64,000 nucleotides of DNA, from positions 24,124-88,123 of the IMG/VR virus record IMGVR_UViG_3300042475_005534; one strand, given 5' to 3'. This document shows positions 29,166-37,616 of this stretch, piece after piece. Both the position numbers and the translations under genes were made by a program. The stretch's first letter is position 1. Every line of letters starts with the position of its first letter. This DNA is from a virus. The notes under the pieces are model-generated. The model did no database searches, had not been told where the DNA came from, and was given only the letters and a program-made list of their open reading frames with translations.

Positions 29166-29750
29166 CTAGCGGCTGGGGAGGGCCACTACCCCTTGCTGAA
29201 GGGATTGATTGATTTGGGCGATGGCTGCAACCATGTCGGCTTTGGAGCCGCCGATGTTTTCAGCTCTGACCTGGGCGATGGATTCCCAGTCAGGACCGCA
29301 GACGCAGACATTGATGAACGTCGGCTTGCGGTTCTTGACTCGACCCTCACCCTTTGAGGTGATCAGCTTGACTGCCTGGGTAGTCAGATCAAGAACGAGC
29401 AGCGCCCCTAGAAGGCTTTTGATGGAGTTGGAAGTAGAAACCTGGCCAGGTTCTCTGTCCACGGGACGCTCATCAGCGGGCAGAAGCAGACGAAACGGCT
29501 GAGTAGGAGCACCAGAGATCATGCGTACCTCGAGGTAATCACGAGGGCCTGACTCGGTGTTCCCTGCTAGCTGGATCAAGCGGAGGGCAGTGATTGCCCC
29601 GCGGATCTCAGGGAAGATGACGTCCTTGCGGTCATACAGGTAGAAATTGGCTAGGGGGTCGATGCCGATGGTCATCGGCTGAGGAGGGGGAGGAGTGGGA
29701 GTCGCCCAGTGGGGTAGCTCGGGTGATTGAGTGGATAGAGAGGAAGTCAT
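29166..29750 (-). CDS. hypothetical protein
   Basis: First ATG after hairpin copy 3. Confidence 0.6.
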   Translation of the reverse strand: MTSSLSTQSPELPHWATPTPPPPQPMTIGIDPLANFYLYDRKDVIFPEIRGAITALRLIQLAGNTESGPRDYLEVRMISGAPTQPFRLLLPADERPVDREPGQVSTSNSIKSLLGALLVLDLTTQAVKLITSKGEGRVKNRKPTFINVCVCGPDWESIAQVRAENIGGSKADMVAAIAQINQSLQQGVVALPSR

Positions 29751-29768
29751 GGGCAAATGAAATGAACG

Positions 29769-29791
29769 CAGCAGGTCGTGCGCACTGCTGA
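29769..29791 (-). repeat. conserved hairpin element, copy 3
   Basis: TCAGCAG-tgcgcacgac-CTGCTG. Confidence 0.85.
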
Positions 29792-29808
29792 ACAGGCGCA
29801 AGAATTTG

Positions 29809-30390
29809 TCACATGGTCATGCCTTTGACGTCGTCCTCACTGAGTTCGACGCCTGCTGCCCTGTAATAGGGAATACAAGCAATAGCTGTAAGTTTCTGAG
29901 CGACGTCAGCTCGGCGTGCCTCGTTGACGACAGGCGAGATCAGCCTGTATATCATGCAGTAGCAGGAGGCAATTTCACTTGCGATCCGGACGAGGGCAGC
30001 TGGAAGGGTTTGAGCCCCCTCCTCCCTGGCCCGCTTACGGGCGGTATGGGGATGGGGCGGTCGATGCCCGTTGCTGCCGTGTCCTAATTCCGCGGTAGGG
30101 AGACAGTCAGGATCTCCCCACCCGGCCTCAGGGTTAGGAGGGATCGAAGGCTCTTCCATTTGCTGCGGCTCATGGAAGTCCAATTCGAGGACAGAAGCAC
30201 CGAGAGTTGGTTCGAAGCGGAGCTGGCTTTCGTCGAACTGAAATCCAGGTTTGATGATGTCTGAAATTGCGGGCGAGAAGACAGCGACGGACTGCCCGCC
30301 TGCGTTGGTGGGTTTATCGAAGTAGGAATAGTCCCAGCCGGGGATTTTGTAGCTGGGCTTGGGATGGGTTGTGACGGTGTGAATTGGCAT
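29809..30390 (-). CDS. hypothetical protein
   Basis: ORF; start uncertain because it overlaps 30084-30584. Confidence 0.45.
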   Translation of the reverse strand: MPIHTVTTHPKPSYKIPGWDYSYFDKPTNAGGQSVAVFSPAISDIIKPGFQFDESQLRFEPTLGASVLELDFHEPQQMEEPSIPPNPEAGWGDPDCLPTAELGHGSNGHRPPHPHTARKRAREEGAQTLPAALVRIASEIASCYCMIYRLISPVVNEARRADVAQKLTAIACIPYYRAAGVELSEDDVKGMTM

Positions 30391-30580
30391 TGGAGGGATG
30401 AAAGGAAAGAGCACATCGCGCTCAGCTGCTCAGGAGGGAGCAGGACTGATTCGCCGATGCGCTCAAATTGGTAGAGAGGGAAGAGGGTGATGAGTGCGCT
30501 TTTGGCCCGACCATTGATGGGCGTGATTAGCCCATCTCCGGTCGGGGTGTAACTCACTTGCAGCCATGGCGGCTGGAGCG

Positions 30581-31369
30581 TCACTTGATGGACCAGGTCT
30601 TCTTGCGAACGACCTCAGCGCCAGGGACTGCGTCTGATCTCAGGACGACCGCATGCGTTGCTGGGCCGTAAGCCGCTGAGAGGGAGCGGACTTCTTCGGG
30701 GGCTGGATTTTGCTTGATGCGTTCCTTGACAAGATTCTTGATTGGATAGGAATTAAGGGTTGGCAAGAGATAATCACCTCCCGACACACCAGTGATGAGC
30801 TCAGCAATGAAATCACTGATTTCCTTGTGAAGCATGGGGCCTAAATCACCCTTGCCAGCAGGGACTTGGATGATGATTTCGTGCCGGCACAAATCCGGCG
30901 GGACCTGCTGGTCATCCAGGATCTCGGTGGAGTCACTCTGACGTGAGCAGAGGTCGTAATCCGAAAGATGGAATTCCTTCTTGCCAGGGTGGAGGGCCGC
31001 CAAGGTTCGAACCAGGTAGCGGAGCAAGCGATCGGAATCGGCCTGGTCGCGATTGCTCTTCTCCTTGTAGGTCTCGACCTGCTGCTTGAAGTAATCAGCA
31101 CGGTTCTCCAGTGACTTAACAACAAAGGCCATTTGATTGACCTTGTCCAGCAATGACTGCTGGCTGGTATTGGCGCGTTGGAGGATAGAGGAGATGAGCT
31201 CTTCTGCAGTAGCTACCTCTTCGGGGTCCTCAGAGGAGAGCTGGGCGACGGCAATCGCAAGCTCGCCGTCAATCTCCTGGGCCTCCATGGCCAGATGGAA
31301 GAGGGATCTGCCATTGGCCTGAACAATGGGCTCAAAGGTGGTGGGCTTGGGTGGTGGAGCGACGGTCAT
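30581..31369 (-). CDS. Siphovirus Gp157-like coiled-coil protein
   Basis: SLFHL...DKV....VK.LE...RL..YL...RQS....I.D...VP; terminal VPGA......W.IK. Confidence 0.6.
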   Translation of the reverse strand: MTVAPPPKPTTFEPIVQANGRSLFHLAMEAQEIDGELAIAVAQLSSEDPEEVATAEELISSILQRANTSQQSLLDKVNQMAFVVKSLENRADYFKQQVETYKEKSNRDQADSDRLLRYLVRTLAALHPGKKEFHLSDYDLCSRQSDSTEILDDQQVPPDLCRHEIIIQVPAGKGDLGPMLHKEISDFIAELITGVSGGDYLLPTLNSYPIKNLVKERIKQNPAPEEVRSLSAAYGPATHAVVLRSDAVPGAEVVRKKTWSIK

Positions 31370-31430
31370 AGGAGTGAGATGGAAGGATGGAGTGTCTGGC
31401 GGTATGCCCGACGTGGCGGTCATTGAAGCA

Positions 31431-31456
31431 GAAAAGCCCCGGCTTGCGCCAGGGCT
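31431..31456 (-). terminator. intrinsic terminator
   Basis: AGCCCTGG-cgcaag-CCGGGGCT-TTT on the minus strand. Confidence 0.65.
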
Positions 31457-31482
31457 CGTTGCTACCGAAACAGATGTTGGTC

Positions 31483-31902
31483 TTAGGCGGTTTGAGCCTC
31501 GCCGGAGTCGTCGGACTTGCTGGGAGCGTCAGTGATGTTGATCACTTTGGCTTGCTTCCTGGCGTCCTGCAGCTGCTTGAGCTGACAGGCACGCATGCCG
31601 ACCTGGAGGGCGCTCAGCCGGTATGGCTTCCCTTCCTCCGGGGATTGGACGATCTTGGCGAAGTAGGTCACTCCGTTGATCTCGACGGACTCGGATGGAT
31701 CATCCTCGCCAAACATCTCGATGGCGTGGTCGGACTTGAAGCCAACCTTGACGGCTGTCTCACGAACAGCGATGCCGTCCTTGCGGCCGGTCACGAAAGC
31801 CAGGGTGGCCTCAGTCCAGTTGGACTTTTCGGAGTTGTCGCTGTCGAGAATGTTGTACCAGCGAAGCTCGATGGGAACGAGGGGAAGAGAGATTTGGGGC
31901 AT
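31483..31902 (-). CDS. hypothetical protein
   Basis: Single gene bracketed by hairpin copy 4 and a terminator. Confidence 0.65.
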   Translation of the reverse strand: MPQISLPLVPIELRWYNILDSDNSEKSNWTEATLAFVTGRKDGIAVRETAVKVGFKSDHAIEMFGEDDPSESVEINGVTYFAKIVQSPEEGKPYRLSALQVGMRACQLKQLQDARKQAKVINITDAPSKSDDSGEAQTA

Positions 31903-31935
31903 GATCAGAGGAAAGGGTAAAGGGACATTGGCCCG

Positions 31936-31961
31936 CTCAACAGGCAGTGTGCACTGCTGAG
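31936..31961 (-). repeat. conserved hairpin element, copy 4
   Basis: CTCAGCAG-tgcacactgc-CTGTTGAG. Confidence 0.85.
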
Positions 31962-32009
31962 AAGGCTCACAAAACAGGAACTAGACTGAGAGGGATCCAG
32001 GATCGAGTT

Positions 32010-32513
32010 ATGGGCATGAATCCGCTGAAATGGCTGGGTGGCATCGAGCAGAAGATGATCGATAAAGCCATTGCAGACGAGATTGCCCATAGGACGTCGG
32101 GCGTGGCAAGGCAGGCCAACCTCGTCGGGAAGCTCTACAAGGACAATCCCGACAGAATGATCCAGGAGATTGCCGATCGGGCCAGGGATGGATCTGGTAA
32201 GCAGATCGAGATGGGAGCGATTCGGAAGGACTTCAGCGAGATGGGGGAGAGCGACTTCGTGGCAAGGTATTCATCCCAGATGAAACGAGGAATGGGTGGA
32301 CATGGCTCACTGGGGCCAAGGGAGCGCCTGAGCCACCAGTTCGCGAATAGTGCGCTTGTGCGGCGTGGCGCCTACCCAGCATTGGCCGCTGGCGGTGCAG
32401 TGGCCGGCGGTGCGGCCATGACTGAAGGCGCTCAGCAACTGATGGCTCTGATGGGCTTCATGCAGCAGGGGCAGCAACAGGTCCAGCGGACTGAGGAGAG
32501 CCCACTGGCCTGA
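32010..32513 (+). CDS. hypothetical protein
   Basis: TAGACT upstream; Gly/Ala-rich C-terminus. Confidence 0.6.
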   Translation: MGMNPLKWLGGIEQKMIDKAIADEIAHRTSGVARQANLVGKLYKDNPDRMIQEIADRARDGSGKQIEMGAIRKDFSEMGESDFVARYSSQMKRGMGGHGSLGPRERLSHQFANSALVRRGAYPALAAGGAVAGGAAMTEGAQQLMALMGFMQQGQQQVQRTEESPLA

Positions 32514-32695
32514 TGCGATACGCAGGGGAGGAGACTGAGCTGGCGCAGTTGATCGAGGACGCCATGCGGCGCGATTTAGAGCTGGCCATTCTTCAGCACT
32601 CCCTGCTGGAGGGATTCCGCCGGAAGTTCGCAACTGAAGACCTGGCGGGCCTCCAGCTGCCTGGATGGGATGCACTAATGCATGACATGGGGTAA
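32513..32695 (+). CDS. hypothetical protein
   Basis: TGATG-coupled. Confidence 0.5.
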   Translation: MRYAGEETELAQLIEDAMRRDLELAILQHSLLEGFRRKFATEDLAGLQLPGWDALMHDMG

Positions 32696-32722
32696 GTTGT
32701 CGGGCATTGCGCAACACACGTC

Positions 32723-33121
32723 ATGCAGTGCGAATGCGGTGGTGAGACAAAGGTGGCTCACACCTACAAGGGGGAAGACGGGATACGAGTGAGAGCTAGG
32801 AAGTGCGACTGTTGCAGTCAAATGCTGTGGACGTCTCAACAGCCAGAGGAGGTGATCCCAGCTGAGCTGAGGCAGTGGACAGATGGGAAGCCATGCCGTG
32901 CGGCGGAGCCGAGACAGAAGGGGTCTCGCATGCCACCGACGATCGAGGAGTGGGAGGCCAATCCAGAGATGGCCTATGGCCTCAAGGCTGACGAGTTGAG
33001 GACGCTGGCAAGGCTCAAGGGTTTAACTGGAGCATGGATGTTCAACAAGACTGAGTTGCTGGAGTTCCTGATGGAAGGAGCCTGGCAGACGGGCCTAGCG
33101 AGTGAGAACCACGCGCAATAG
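32723..33121 (+). CDS. zinc-ribbon protein with C-terminal Rho-N-like helical domain
   Basis: C.CG.ETKV..T....R.RKC..C; ELR.LAR.KGL.G....K.EL. Confidence 0.6.
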   Translation: MQCECGGETKVAHTYKGEDGIRVRARKCDCCSQMLWTSQQPEEVIPAELRQWTDGKPCRAAEPRQKGSRMPPTIEEWEANPEMAYGLKADELRTLARLKGLTGAWMFNKTELLEFLMEGAWQTGLASENHAQ

Positions 33122-33272
33122 GGCCCTCCAAGGAAGAAGTCCTTGGCATCGTTAGCTGCTGCAACCCCGAGGTAGAGGAATAGGGCCGCAGAAATGGAGA
33201 GCCGGAGGCTTTTACCGAGCTTAGGTCGATGGAGAGAAGTCATGGGGTTGAGAAAGAAGTGAAGTGTGTTGG

Positions 33273-33704
33273 TCAGGAGGGCGGAAGACAGATCACACGA
33301 AAGCCGATGTAGTCGTCGGTATAGCCGGGCAGGTCAATGCCGCGGTGAGCCAAGCGGCGGTCTGAGGGGAGACTGTCCCAGCCGCCGCCGCGCAATACCG
33401 CCCGGCATGGTGCTTCTTCCTGGGGGAGGCACACCACGCGAAACCCGATGACGTCGTTGGCATAGCCGGGCTGGTCGCGGTAGCGGTAGACCGAGCGGCA
33501 GTTCCTGGGGAAGTTGAACCAGGAGCCACCGCGCATTGACAAGTCGCAGCGTGCGGTGGAGGCCCCTGGAGGGACGCACACCACGCGGAAACCGATGTTG
33601 TCGATTGGCTCGCCGGGTTCTCCGGGAAAGCGATGGGCAGAGCGGCAATGCCTAAGGAAGAAGTCCCAGGGACCGCCGCGTAACGCCCGATTGGGGATCG
33701 TCAT
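33273..33704 (-). CDS. protein made of 3 tandem DGR-VR-like units (RGG.W...CRS..R...GFRV)
   Basis: Starts MTIPNRAL, ATGA-coupled; three units of the FGE/CLec C-terminal motif. Confidence 0.7.
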   Translation of the reverse strand: MTIPNRALRGGPWDFFLRHCRSAHRFPGEPGEPIDNIGFRVVCVPPGASTARCDLSMRGGSWFNFPRNCRSVYRYRDQPGYANDVIGFRVVCLPQEEAPCRAVLRGGGWDSLPSDRRLAHRGIDLPGYTDDYIGFRVICLPPS

Positions 33705-34153
33705 GGTGTCATCCCCCGCGGAAGACAGATCACACGAAAGCCGAGGTCGTAGTCGGCATAGTCGGGCGAATGGGAAATGCCGCGACAGGTCGAGCGGCAC
33801 CAGGGGTAGCTGAGCTGGGCGTGGGAGCCGCCGCGCATGGTTACCTGCGTGGGCTTGACCCCCAGAGGGAGGCACACCACGCGGAAGCCCAAGCCGCTGC
33901 TGGCATAGCCGGGCTGGAAGCGTCCGAAGCCGCGGCAGGCCGAGCGGCAGAACCCGGGGTTGTTGCCCCAGGAGCCACCGCGCAGTGGCGGTAGCATCCG
34001 AGGTGGTGCCACCTCCCGAGGGAGGCACACCACGCGGAAACCGACGAGATCGTCTTGGTAGTGCGGAGCGGCGCGTCGGTAGGACAAGCGTAAATACGCC
34101 TGTTGTTCCGTCCTGAAAAACCAAGTACCGCCGCGTTGCACTTGATACGTCAT
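33701..34153 (-). CDS. protein made of 3 tandem DGR-VR-like units
   Basis: RGGTW/RGGSW/RGGSH ... GFRVVC x3; ATGA-coupled at both ends. Confidence 0.7.
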   Translation of the reverse strand: MTYQVQRGGTWFFRTEQQAYLRLSYRRAAPHYQDDLVGFRVVCLPREVAPPRMLPPLRGGSWGNNPGFCRSACRGFGRFQPGYASSGLGFRVVCLPLGVKPTQVTMRGGSHAQLSYPWCRSTCRGISHSPDYADYDLGFRVICLPRGMTP

Positions 34154-34554
34154 GACCTGCTCAGCAGGAGGAGCAGGTCAGAGCGGCGAGCTCGGGAGAC
34201 CTTGTTGCCGCGGTGCCCCCGCTCGCGAGCCAGGGCACGCAGCTGGGACACATTGAGGCTGAGGTCGATTCCATTGAGAGCGCAGCGGAAGGCTGTTAGC
34301 TCCGGGTCTTCTGTAATGGGCACAGAGAGAGTCATAGGAGGGATGGATTGGGGTTCAGGGGGAGTGAGGCCGAGGAGGTGGAGATGGAGGGCTGCTAGCT
34401 GCTGGCTGCGCTCTTCCAGGGCAAGACGCAGCTGGCCGCCGGCGGCGTAGGAGGCGTCGGCAAGATGCCAGAGCAGGGCAATAGCAATGCAGAAAAAAGG
34501 GGCGGCTTGATGCATGAAATGTCGAAGCCGGCCCCCAATCAGATCGGAATGCAT
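34150..34554 (-). CDS. hypothetical protein with hydrophobic segment and C-terminal Rho-N-like motif
   Basis: LNVSQLRALARERG...RARRSDLL. Confidence 0.55.
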   Translation of the reverse strand: MHSDLIGGRLRHFMHQAAPFFCIAIALLWHLADASYAAGGQLRLALEERSQQLAALHLHLLGLTPPEPQSIPPMTLSVPITEDPELTAFRCALNGIDLSLNVSQLRALARERGHRGNKVSRARRSDLLLLLSRS

Positions 34555-34564
34555 GGGCAGGGAA

Positions 34565-35284
34565 TCAATAGGGCCTGTATTCGTTGCGGCACCACTCGAA
34601 GACCTGGCCGTGCATGTCGTAGAGGCCCCAGGCATTGGGTTGGTACTGCTTGACATCGCAGGTGGAATCTGCGTTGAAGCGTGCCTGGGACTCATCGAGG
34701 GTGTCACCGAAAGCGAATTCAGTGGTGGTGCCTGCGCGGCAGGCGTATTCCCACTGTTCTTCTGTGGGGAGGGTGTAGGTCTTACCTGTAGCCCGGCTGA
34801 GGCGGGCACAGAATTCCATGGCGTCATACCAGGAGACGCATTCGACGGGGCGGTCATCGCCCTTGAAGCGTGAGGGATCGGGATTGAGATCGCGCTCGAC
34901 CTTGGGCAGGTTCTCGGCGACCCATCGCCACTGGGCTTGAGTGGTCGGAGTTTCCGCCATCTCAAAGCCCTCGTCGATGATCACCTCATGGACCGGCTTC
35001 TCATCAGAGAAAGCGGACGGTGAATCAGATCCCATCATGAAGCGCCCTGGAGCGATGGAAACCATCGGCAGGTTGAGGGCGGAAGCGGAGATGCTGTGAT
35101 TGGAGGTAGTCATGGTTCCTGAAGAAATGGAAGATGGATGGAGGAGGCGGCAGGGGCGAATCCCGATGATGGGGAGGGCGCAGGCCTTGTTGACGCTGCC
35201 CCGGAGGGTGGCACGGCAGTTGCGTGGTTCGTCACTGATCCAGGAGCCACCGCGCAGCTGCCGATGGGCGTCAAGGGCTGTCAT
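34565..35284 (-). CDS. FGE-sulfatase / C-type-lectin-fold protein, C-terminally truncated or circularly permuted
   Basis: MV.I.PG.F.MGS, E.PVHEV, TQAQW, PVE.VSW.DA.EFC, LPTE.QWEYACRAG, PNAWGLYDMHG..FEWC then stop; RGGSW unit at the N-terminus. Confidence 0.85.
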   Translation of the reverse strand: MTALDAHRQLRGGSWISDEPRNCRATLRGSVNKACALPIIGIRPCRLLHPSSISSGTMTTSNHSISASALNLPMVSIAPGRFMMGSDSPSAFSDEKPVHEVIIDEGFEMAETPTTQAQWRWVAENLPKVERDLNPDPSRFKGDDRPVECVSWYDAMEFCARLSRATGKTYTLPTEEQWEYACRAGTTTEFAFGDTLDESQARFNADSTCDVKQYQPNAWGLYDMHGQVFEWCRNEYRPY

Positions 35285-35643
35285 GGCGCCACCTCCCGAG
35301 AGAGGCGGACCACACGAAAGCCGAGGCCGTAGCCGCGGTAGCTACCGACGGGCGGGTCGTCTTCGCGGAAGGCCGAGCGGCAATAGCTGGGAGCTTCGTC
35401 CCAGCCGCCGCCGCGCAGCACCGCCCGGCATGGTGCCACTTCCCGAGGGAGGCGCACCACGCGAAACCCGACGTCGGTAAGGTTTCCCTCTTCGCCTAAG
35501 ACGGCCTCACTTAGCTCTGCCTCGTGGCGGCCAGCCGAACGGCAGGTATAGGAGGCTTCGCCATAGGAACCACCGCGAATGGAGTTTCCCAGGGAAAGCG
35601 GTAAATCAAGAGACAGTAGAAAAGGGGACAAGCGATAACCCAT
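35281..35643 (-). CDS. protein made of 2 tandem DGR-VR-like units
   Basis: RGGSY...CRSA...GFRVV and RGGGW...CRSA...GFRVV. Confidence 0.7.
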   Translation of the reverse strand: MGYRLSPFLLSLDLPLSLGNSIRGGSYGEASYTCRSAGRHEAELSEAVLGEEGNLTDVGFRVVRLPREVAPCRAVLRGGGWDEAPSYCRSAFREDDPPVGSYRGYGLGFRVVRLSREVAP

Positions 35644-35675
35644 GAGACATCAGAGAGGGGTGCATGCCATGGTGA

Positions 35676-36335
35676 TCAGGAAGGGGTCACAACAGGCGCC
35701 TCTCGGATGAGCCGCAACAGGGATTCCCGCTGCCGGCGAGTTTCGGCGGCCCTGGCGGCGGCCCCGGCGGCGTCCCTGGCGGCGTCCCAGGCGGCCCAGG
35801 CGGCCCCGGCGGCGTCCCTGGCGGCGTCCCAGGCGGCCCAGGCGGCCCTGGCGGCGTCCCTGGCGGCGTCCCAGGCGGCCCAGGCGGCCCTGGCGGCGGC
35901 CCCGGCGGCGGCCCAGGCGTTTTTCTCCCAGACGTTGCCAGAAGCCAGTAAATCCATGCCATCAATAACTGGGTCAATAACGGCCTGGATTTCGAGCCGC
36001 TGAGGAGGGAGATTCCTTAGGGTTTCACCGAGGAAGGCCCAATGGATCAAGGAGAGGTCTTTACCGTCCGTAGCCACAGCGTCGGGGAAGTCGTAGAAGA
36101 ATTGCTTAGCTTCCTCGAGCGGAAGAGATTCAAAGATGTGTTCCGCGATGCGAAGAATGGACTCAGTGAGCCCAAATCGCTCCACAGCAGGAGTGGAGTC
36201 GTTTGAATGGGTCAGGCACCCGATGAAGCAGCCTTTGCCGTCTGACCAGTAATTACCCTGGACGACGGAATCCGCCGTGATGTGTTCGTGGACCTCCTGT
36301 TTGAGGAGGTCGGTGTTCTTGGTGAGGGTGGTCAT
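35676..36335 (-). CDS. hypothetical protein with AAWAAWDAARDAA repeats
   Basis: YW..GKGC.IGC..H N-terminus; Ala-rich tandem repeats at 35745-35920. Confidence 0.75.
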   Translation of the reverse strand: MTTLTKNTDLLKQEVHEHITADSVVQGNYWSDGKGCFIGCLTHSNDSTPAVERFGLTESILRIAEHIFESLPLEEAKQFFYDFPDAVATDGKDLSLIHWAFLGETLRNLPPQRLEIQAVIDPVIDGMDLLASGNVWEKNAWAAAGAAARAAWAAWDAARDAARAAWAAWDAARDAAGAAWAAWDAARDAAGAAARAAETRRQRESLLRLIREAPVVTPS

Positions 36336-36524
36336 AAGAAAAGAATTGAGAGGAGGTTAGCCCGCATGCCATGGCTAACAAGTCGCCCGGCACGGCTCTG
36401 TAAGAGCGCTAGGACACGCAATTGCTTAATGGCCATGGACTCCAGGAGAGGCCGAGCGACGGCCATGGAAGGGGCCACTGGATGGATTAGGGCCCCGCCC
36501 GGGTGGATGGGGCCTGGATGTACC

Positions 36525-37088
36525 TCAGAAGGGAACTTCCTCTGAGGTGGGCTCACCCGAGAAGGGAGCCTCGGGCTCGCTCATCGGAGAGGGGCTATCC
36601 AGCCTTGCAACGGGCTGGAAGGACACAACGATCCATTCGGTGTTGCGAGTGCTTACAGGGCCCTCTGGACCGGCAGTGGTGCCGTGCCAGGGGCGCTCGT
36701 ATGCAGTGATGCGCACGAGGCGATCGTCTGTGTTGAAGAATTCACCGATGGTCTCAGCGAGTTCGCCGTATGCGGTGAAGTTCTTCCAGTCGCCGAAGAC
36801 CCTGGAATTGGTCTTCTTGCTGAGGTATCCATATTGGGCACCAAACTTGATAAAGGCTGTGCCGTTAGGAGTGAAGCCTTGGCGAGAGCCTTTGGGGGGA
36901 GTCCTTTGGAGCCAAAGGGTCTGATTGAGCTGTTCGCCTGAGGACTCCAGCTCAGTGATTCTTGCCTTGGCGGCTTCGAGCTCAGCGACGAGCTCTTCGT
37001 AGATGCCAAAGATGGGCTGTTCTTCGGGAGCTTCAGGTGCCACGGGGGTGGCGGTAGAGGAAGGCTTGGACTTGGTGGCAGTGGACAT
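36525..37088 (-). CDS. possible OB-fold/SSB-like protein
   Basis: DWKNFTAYGELAE; acidic EEVPF C-terminus reminiscent of SSB tails. Confidence 0.45.
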   Translation of the reverse strand: MSTATKSKPSSTATPVAPEAPEEQPIFGIYEELVAELEAAKARITELESSGEQLNQTLWLQRTPPKGSRQGFTPNGTAFIKFGAQYGYLSKKTNSRVFGDWKNFTAYGELAETIGEFFNTDDRLVRITAYERPWHGTTAGPEGPVSTRNTEWIVVSFQPVARLDSPSPMSEPEAPFSGEPTSEEVPF

Positions 37089-37110
37089 GGGGATTTCCAG
37101 TGAGGGGTAT

Positions 37111-37151
37111 TGAGCCGCACAACAGGCGGTGTGCACTGCTGATTTGGCTCA
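37111..37151 (-). repeat. conserved hairpin element, copy 5
   Basis: TGAGCC-aaat-CAGCAG-tgcacaccgc-CTGTTG-tgc-GGCTCA. Confidence 0.9.
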
Positions 37152-37202
37152 GTGAATAGGATCAAAGGGAGGGGTGCCAGGTATGACACCCCAGAAGATA
37201 CA

Positions 37203-37472
37203 TCAAGCAGCCGCTCGCCGCAGCTGGCGAAGCGTTTGCTGATTATCGAGGCAGAGGGTGCGTGCTGTGGTGACAGCGGCGACCATCTGCTGGGTGATGG
37301 TGAGGCCATCTTGCTTGGCCCAGAGGGCATCAAGGATGACCTCACGGAGGGCTTCGATTTTGCGATCGATAGAGCCTTGGAGGACCCGCCCAGTGGAGGG
37401 GCAGGTCCAGATGCTTGCCCTTGCGAGCAAGCGTAGATCAATAGACAGAGAATGAAGGTTGTTCTCGGTCAT
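37203..37472 (-). CDS. small hypothetical protein
   Basis: Cassette gene downstream of hairpin copy 6. Confidence 0.6.
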   Translation of the reverse strand: MTENNLHSLSIDLRLLARASIWTCPSTGRVLQGSIDRKIEALREVILDALWAKQDGLTITQQMVAAVTTARTLCLDNQQTLRQLRRAAA

Positions 37473-37509
37473 TGAGGGGTAGCCCGGTTGCTAACCGGGG
37501 CGAAGGGAT

Positions 37510-37614
37510 GTGAGCCGTAGACAGCAGGTGGCACTGCTGAGAAGGCTCACTAAAAAAGCCCCACCCGGGGGATAGCCGGATGGGGCGGGGTAGGGGGTGC
37601 CAGATGTGGCACTA
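37510..37614 (-). repeat. composite intergenic repeat (GTGCCA hairpin + terminator + hairpin copy 6)
   Basis: Near-identical blocks at 37799-37900 and 38319-38414. Confidence 0.9.
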
Positions 37615-37616
37615 GC

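Noticed and set aside
33273-35643. Complete canonical DGR
   Set aside because: No reverse transcriptase, Avd or AAC-rich non-coding template repeat is recognisable in the window; only VR-like products are present.
35687-35977. Collagen-like GPP/GTP ORF
   Set aside because: Alternative frame of the Ala-rich repeat in 35676-36335.
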